A DNA stretch of 64,000 nucleotides, taken from Eremomyces bilateralis CBS 781.70 (Eukaryota). Shown here piece by piece: positions 58,115 through 64,000 of the stretch (position 1 is its first letter; each line of letters begins with the position of its first letter). Under the pieces are notes generated by a model. That model was not told the DNA's origin, did no database searches, and saw nothing but the letters and a program-made list of their open reading frames with translations. The translations under genes and the position numbers were made by a program. The stretch is taken from NCBI GenBank assembly GCA_010015585.1, contig ML975181.1. One strand, 5' to 3'.

Positions 58115-59993
58115 ATGTTCCGCCGAAAGAGATGGCAGTTGAATGATTCTGCTTCCCCTGCCGAATCAAAACCTCCGTCGCAGCCATGGGATGTTCCCGG
58201 CACAGTGAAACTTCCCATTTTCTTTCTCCGTCTACGTTTCCTCGTCTGTCTTGTTGTCCTTGCACTAGTCTTTACCGTCATTCTGGTTGTTCTGGCCGTG
58301 ACCAATGTCTTCGATGGAACCGAGGAGCAGATCCCGACGGTGACAGTGCGGAATGGTACCGTTGAGGGTGTATACCTGAAGGGATATGATCAGGATCAAT
58401 ACCTGGGGGTTCCATATGCCGCTGCCCCTGTTGATGACCTCCGATTTCGCAATCCGCAGCCTCTCGCTGAGGGATGGGGACCCGAGTCGTTTAAAGCAAG
58501 GGAACACCAGAAAGCATGCATCGGCTACACCCAAGGGTCTCTGGACCAGTCCGAAGACTGTCTCTACCTCAACATCGTACGAACTAGAACATGCCAGGGC
58601 GGTTGTCCGGTCGTGGTGTGGATCCATGGCGGAGCGTATACCAGCGGCAGCCCGACGGACCCGCAATACGACATGAGTTTCATAGCGCATCAAGCCGACA
58701 GAATCGGGAAGCCCATGATTGCGGTGTCCATCGCCTACCGTCTCAGTGTCTGGGGGTTTCTGTTCTCGAACCAGACGATCGAAAGCGGAGATACGAACAT
58801 GGGCCTCCGTGACCAGCGCTTGGCGCTTCGATGGGTCCAGGAGAATATCGCCGCGTTCGGGGGAGATCCGAGTAAGATTACTCTTATGGGTGAATCGGCA
58901 GGCGCGTCGTCAGTTGGCTATCATTTGACGGCTTATGGTGGTCAAGATGAGAAGCTGTTCCGGGCTGCGATTATGCAGAGCGGGTCACCTATTTTCTATG
59001 GCTCAATCAACGACATAGAGACGCAGCAAATATTATACGACGACCTTGCGAATCAAACAGGTTGCGGACTTGCGCTCGATAGTCTGCGATGTCTCCGCGA
59101 GCAACCTTTCGAGCGGATCGATGGCGTTGTTCGAAATAATGCGACGCTTTGGCTCTCATGGAACCCAGCCATCGATGGAGACTTCATACAAAACCACACC
59201 TCCACCCAGCTTTCCGAGGGTGCGTTTGTCCGAGTTCCGATCCTGACTGGCGTCAACGCAGACGAAGGCACAGGATTCACACCGTATGGGATCTACGACG
59301 ATGCGGATTTCTTCTACGCTCTGACAAGTACGAACTCCTTTCTCGACCACTGTACTACCACTAACAATTTTTGTAGACAAAACCTATGTTCAAGGCGTAT
59401 CTGAGGCCTTGGCAACGGAACTCGGCAGAATATATGCGGACGATCTATCCCAGAACATCCCGGCGACTGCCGGGACATATCGACCCCCTTATCCCCAGGG
59501 GAACCAATGGCGAAGAGCCGCAACCTACTTCGGAGACGCGACGTTCCACGCGAACAAGCGTTTAACTTGCCAGGCGTGGGCCTCTCACGAGGTTCCCGCC
59601 TACTGCTACCTCTTCGATGCGTTACCGAACGCCTCCACTGAAGATATAATGGGGGTCGCCCACTTTGTAGAAGTGCCATATGTGTTCTACAACCTCCAGG
59701 GCAAAGGGCATGAGGGCGGCCCCAGGCCGTTCGACCATAGCGGGGCGCGATATCTGGAGTTGGCTCGGTTGATGTGTCACTCATGGGTCAGTTTTATAGA
59801 TACGATGGACCCGAACGGCTTCCGGCAGGATGGAGGTGAATTTAGCGATTTGGAAGCCTGGCCGCGCTATGGCACTGATGGACGGAACTTCGTCTTTACA
59901 GCGGAGCGGCCGTGTCGGGCGGAGTTGGATGATTATAGAGCGGACGGAATTGCGTTGATCAATGAGGATCCAGCGAATACATATAATAGATAA
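58115..59993 (+). CDS. Type-B carboxylesterase/lipase (COesterase) with N-terminal TM anchor
   Basis: YLGVPYA, SEDCLYLNI, VWIHGGAY, NMGLRDQRLALRWVQENIAAFGGDPSKITLMGESAG (Ser), NADEG (Glu) and GVAHFVEV (His). Intron ~59328-59376; hydrophobic stretch at aa ~33-62. Confidence 0.94.
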
Positions 59994-60152
59994 GGTTTAG
60001 ACGAATTTTAGACAATAATTAGAGGTTCATTTCTCATTCTACGATTAGGGGGCTCTGATACGAGTGCGTGGGTAAACTATGGTACATAGAATCAGTCTAG
60101 GATGACCTCAAGGGTGAGAACCAACTGATCCCATTCATCATCATTTAAGAAA

Positions 60153-63100
60153 TTATTCGGGGGCTAGCCCTGATTCCCGCGGACGGTGATGGCCAACCTT
60201 AAACTCCAACATATCTGCATGCCCGCCCCCAATCGCACTACTGTCTTTCTTCTGCTTCTTAGATAACTTTCGCTCACTCGCATCATCACCCTCCAACTTC
60301 ACTTTCGCGGACCTCCAACCCCTTCTCCCAAAAATCTGCTCGTTGATCGAAACGCGCGCCATCTGTCGCTCCCCAATCCCCTCCTCCGCCGTGACAGGCA
60401 GACACCTCGCGTTCTGAATCACCCCCCGCACCCCGTCGTCCTCCTCAATCCGCCTCGCGGTATCGTGCTCCTTCCTCGTCATCCGCTTCGCCCGCTCAAA
60501 CATCCCCTCTTCAATCGTGCCTTTGAGAATCAAGGTCTCCACGTGGACTTCACGGGTCTGCCCGATCCGATGAGCTCGCTTCACCGCCTGCGCCTCGATG
60601 CTGGGCCGGTTGCATGGGTTGATGAAGTAGACGCGGGAGGCCTTGTTGACGTTCAAGCCGAGCGCACCGCAGCGGATGTCCATGAGGAGAACGCGTATGG
60701 AGTCGTCGGTGTCGAATGCGACGATGTACTTGGACCGGAGCGCGGTGCGGAGCGTCTTGGCGTAGATGAGGTGGCGGATGTGGAAGATTTCGAGGCACTG
60801 CGCGAGGTAGAAGGCAGCGTTATCGCCGTCGTAGAAGATCAGGAGCTTTTCGTGGGGGGAGTGGAGGAGGATTTGTTCCATGAGGTAGGAGAGCTTGGAA
60901 GACGTGGTTCCGATGATGCGGGTGTTGGATAGAGGACAATCAGGCGGGAGAGTTGGCTCTTCCGTGGCGGAGTTAGATCGTTTGCGCGATGGGGTCTGTT
61001 TCTGGGCTTCGGTCGACAGATCGGACGCTCCGGCGCCCGTAGATGACCGTTTTCGAGGCTTTGAGGGGGGGCTGTTCTTTGGTGTGTACGCGTGATACTT
61101 CTTCGGTGAAGGTTGGCCGGCGCCGATGCTGGATTCAGGCACTCCCTTCAGCGTCATCTTCGATGATGTACTCCTATCTACCCCGTCGCCACCTGCAGCA
61201 TTCTCAGCATCGACCTGCGCGAGGGCAGCGACTCCAACTTCCGCAAGGCCCTCAGTCGGATCTGCATATGCCAGCCTTGAATTAATATATGCTTGGGCTA
61301 AAATAAGCTGTTGAGTCCCAGTAAAAAGCGGTAGAGTGCTTTCGCCTCTCATATCCCAGTGGCAACAGGAATGTGCTGGCCAATTGTCCAAGAATATTCC
61401 CATCTCGTGGCTGTTGCTAAGAGCTTTCCAACCGGGGGATTCAAGCAGAATCGTCGCGAATTGCATGCATTCTTTGAGAAGAACTCGATCCTCTTCGCTA
61501 CACATCGTATTCTCCTTCGCCAAGTATTTCTCGCCATTCGCAAGGGCATCGCGCACATTCTCCTCGGTGAAACCGGTCCAGAAGAAATTGCTTTGTCGAA
61601 GATTTGAGATCAGGGTGTGGCGTGGTTTCGCACTATCCTTATGGAACAAATAATCCCGATCTGTTCGCTCACTCGTCACAGCGTTCGTTGCTAGGACGAG
61701 TGTAAACAGATTCGCGGTCAACTTGTCGTAGAAAGACGGCTCGAGATAGACGACTTTGTGCTTCAGTGGTGGAAGTTGAATATCTCTCTCGACGTCTTCA
61801 AGCCGCGTCTTGATCACGAGTGACTCTAACGTCCGATGCATACACGACGCAAAGCCACTGTACGTCTTCTTTGTTCGATCTTCGTGCACGAAGACGTGGT
61901 CAACCCAGTCCACCTTCGGCACCCCGGATTTCCGAGCCCATGGTTGAGCTTGTAAGAAATGGGAGACAAGGAGTCCGAGGCTGACCGCGGCACCATTCTT
62001 CTCTTCCTGTGAATTGAAACGCTTTCTCATGGCCAGAGCCCGTTCACGCCGAGACGCGTGGATGGAAAAATTGTCTGACAGAATGAGCGGCGAGCCACTG
62101 TTCCCAGATGTAGAGTCCTGTAAAGGGAGTTGGTACGGCTTCTCATCGTCGCATTCATCGTCGATCGCGAGATCAACCTCGACTCCGAAGAGGCGGTCTC
62201 TTGCGGGCGTTCCGCTAACAACCCATCGCCTTTCAGCTGTGACTAACTCGCTTGCCACTTTGACAGCATTTGAAGTGCGAGAGGAAAATTGGTGTCCTTC
62301 GTCAACGATCAATCGGAGGAAATGCAGGTCCTTCAACGGGCTCTCGTAGATTCCCTCTTTTTTTATGCATGTACAATTCTTTCTTCTTGTTGCGCCCATG
62401 TATTGGCAATAACATAATTTAGGAACAGTGCCTCGATAAAACCGTCTGCCAGCTGCATCCGAGCCGTCGGAGATCTCCATCTCAAATCGTTTTCGGCTTA
62501 TTAGAAGTATGTCATATTTCGAAAGCTCATCGGAACTTGGAAGCTTCTGAGAATGGTCCTCGACAACTAACACTTCAAGATATAACTCATGGACGTGTTC
62601 GGAGATCTGAGCCTGCCATTGATGCATGAGGTTGGAAGGAACCACGATGATTGTGGCACTACACAAGCGCTTGACCCTCGGCGGCGGCGTTATTGTATAG
62701 CGATTCAAACGATAAGGAACCTGGGGAATGCTGTAAGTGGGCGGTATGGAATTAACCAGTTTTACGCAAGATTCAAATTCATTGCCGGTTTCTTGATGGA
62801 TCCGGTCGAGGTGAGCTCTTGCTGGAACTCCATGTCTGTTTGCTGAGGCTATCGCCATCTCAGCCAGGCTGCCTACTCTGGGTCGAATCCGCCGTGGGGT
62901 TTCGTACAGCGACGGAATCTGTGGAAGATGGTGCCTGGTGGCTAGAATGACCGCAAGACAAATGATCGATTTTCCGAGGCCCATCGTTTCAGCTAATATG
63001 CCGCCACGACAGCAGTCATAATACTGAGGATGTTTGAAGAATGACATGTCTCTCGGGCCATAGTAGTACTCTTGCCCCGTTGGACTTCGACGGGTTTCTA

Positions 63101-63785
63101 ATCGGGGGTCTAGCTGAAGCCCAGGAGTTGACTCTCGTTGGATCATTTGCGCCACCGAACGTGCTTGGTAGTTGTATAGCGTTGACTTGAGACCAGGAAC
63201 ATCGCCTTGGAGGAGTTCCACAGCAGCAATCTGAGAGTAACAATCGCTGATGAGAGAAGGATCGGGATTGGGTGATGGCAGAGTGTTGAACAAGTAGAAC
63301 AATGAGATATTCTCCGATGTCGACCAGACTGAGAAAGGTAAGCGCCTACCACTGATTCCATGCCAGGAATCAGGAGAGACATCTAATTCTTGAAAGAGGA
63401 CGTCGAAATGACGCTTAACCGCCATGGACTCATCGCTCAGTTTCCGTAAGGTTCGGCCCCGGACGTCCTCTGGGACGATATAGAGGCGGATATACGATCT
63501 CGAATCGTCCTCCAGCCTGTGCGGAAGACATTTGATGCGACCTGAAGTTGCCAAAAATTGCAGAGCTTGATGGATCGAAGTTGAACCGTCATCATTCGAA
63601 GTCATATCAATCGCACTGTCGATTGATCCAGGGGAAGCAGCATCTTCAGCATCGTTCTCATTGACACAGATAACGCCGAGGGGTATAAAATCGTCAAACG
63701 ACTTGTCATGACTTTGTTTAGGAACCTCACATTCCGAATTCAGAGGAGGTTGCAAATCGGAGATGGGAGCCCGGATGCCCTCCAT
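60153..63785 (-). CDS. SNF2-family ATPase/helicase (Rad5/Rad16-like clade, no obvious RING)
   Basis: Intronless. LYNYQARSV, GGILAETMGLGKS (Walker A), TIIVVPSNLMHQW, RLIVDEGH (Walker B), RWVVSGTP, VLLMDIRCGALGLNV and EAQAVKRAHRIGQTREVHVETL. First ATG at 63785. Confidence 0.93.
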   Translation of the reverse strand: MEGIRAPISDLQPPLNSECEVPKQSHDKSFDDFIPLGVICVNENDAEDAASPGSIDSAIDMTSNDDGSTSIHQALQFLATSGRIKCLPHRLEDDSRSYIRLYIVPEDVRGRTLRKLSDESMAVKRHFDVLFQELDVSPDSWHGISGRRLPFSVWSTSENISLFYLFNTLPSPNPDPSLISDCYSQIAAVELLQGDVPGLKSTLYNYQARSVAQMIQRESTPGLQLDPRLETRRSPTGQEYYYGPRDMSFFKHPQYYDCCRGGILAETMGLGKSIICLAVILATRHHLPQIPSLYETPRRIRPRVGSLAEMAIASANRHGVPARAHLDRIHQETGNEFESCVKLVNSIPPTYSIPQVPYRLNRYTITPPPRVKRLCSATIIVVPSNLMHQWQAQISEHVHELYLEVLVVEDHSQKLPSSDELSKYDILLISRKRFEMEISDGSDAAGRRFYRGTVPKLCYCQYMGATRRKNCTCIKKEGIYESPLKDLHFLRLIVDEGHQFSSRTSNAVKVASELVTAERRWVVSGTPARDRLFGVEVDLAIDDECDDEKPYQLPLQDSTSGNSGSPLILSDNFSIHASRRERALAMRKRFNSQEEKNGAAVSLGLLVSHFLQAQPWARKSGVPKVDWVDHVFVHEDRTKKTYSGFASCMHRTLESLVIKTRLEDVERDIQLPPLKHKVVYLEPSFYDKLTANLFTLVLATNAVTSERTDRDYLFHKDSAKPRHTLISNLRQSNFFWTGFTEENVRDALANGEKYLAKENTMCSEEDRVLLKECMQFATILLESPGWKALSNSHEMGIFLDNWPAHSCCHWDMRGESTLPLFTGTQQLILAQAYINSRLAYADPTEGLAEVGVAALAQVDAENAAGGDGVDRSTSSKMTLKGVPESSIGAGQPSPKKYHAYTPKNSPPSKPRKRSSTGAGASDLSTEAQKQTPSRKRSNSATEEPTLPPDCPLSNTRIIGTTSSKLSYLMEQILLHSPHEKLLIFYDGDNAAFYLAQCLEIFHIRHLIYAKTLRTALRSKYIVAFDTDDSIRVLLMDIRCGALGLNVNKASRVYFINPCNRPSIEAQAVKRAHRIGQTREVHVETLILKGTIEEGMFERAKRMTRKEHDTARRIEEDDGVRGVIQNARCLPVTAEEGIGERQMARVSINEQIFGRRGWRSAKVKLEGDDASERKLSKKQKKDSSAIGGGHADMLEFKVGHHRPRESGLAPE

Positions 63786-64000
63786 TGCGCTCAATGAAAA
63801 TTAGACGTTTCAGGTTCGTTCCTCTCCTTCTCAAGAAAATCATCACGGGAATGGCACTATAAATTATCCAAGATAGTTTGCTCTTGCGGAAGTAGATTTC
63901 TGAGTTCAATATGACCGAAACCAGTAGCACGGTAGGCAGACGTGGGTCTAGGGAGTAGGAGGCTAAGGCTAAACACGGGAGGATGAGGAGACACCAAGCG

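Overview
Filamentous ascomycete (Pezizomycotina, plausibly Eurotiomycetes) chromosomal DNA. It has short GT-AG spliceosomal introns with CTRAC-type branch points, so the ORF track fragments most genes; exons were rebuilt by eye. About 20 intact protein genes are present: the 5' end of a probable kinesin-14 (KlpA/Kar3), LOA1/VPS66 acyltransferase, DUF1349 protein, a membrane-anchored orphan, secreted BBE-like FAD oxidase, velvet protein VelC, Nudix ADP-ribose pyrophosphatase, ERG1, FhipA, DUF4336, DUF2439/Mte1-like, a copia-protease-like stand-alone gene, old yellow enzyme, a 903-aa repeat-built orphan, a BRD8-like bromodomain protein, a mitochondrial phosphate carrier, a type-B carboxylesterase, an SNF2 helicase and a few hypotheticals. 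There is also an intron-containing tRNA-Val(CAC), a divergent pair of pseudogenes (methyltransferase-like and MFS_5 transporter) and a ~7 kb gene-poor interval with an F-box remnant. The most striking unexplained structure is about a dozen local 'C-rich block then G-rich block' skew switches. They are independent of gene orientation and extend through codon third positions, introns and a pseudogene. Other candidates are an intronic H/ACA-like RNA and a Myb-site cluster upstream of the copia-derived gene. All family assignments come from recognised motifs, with no database search.
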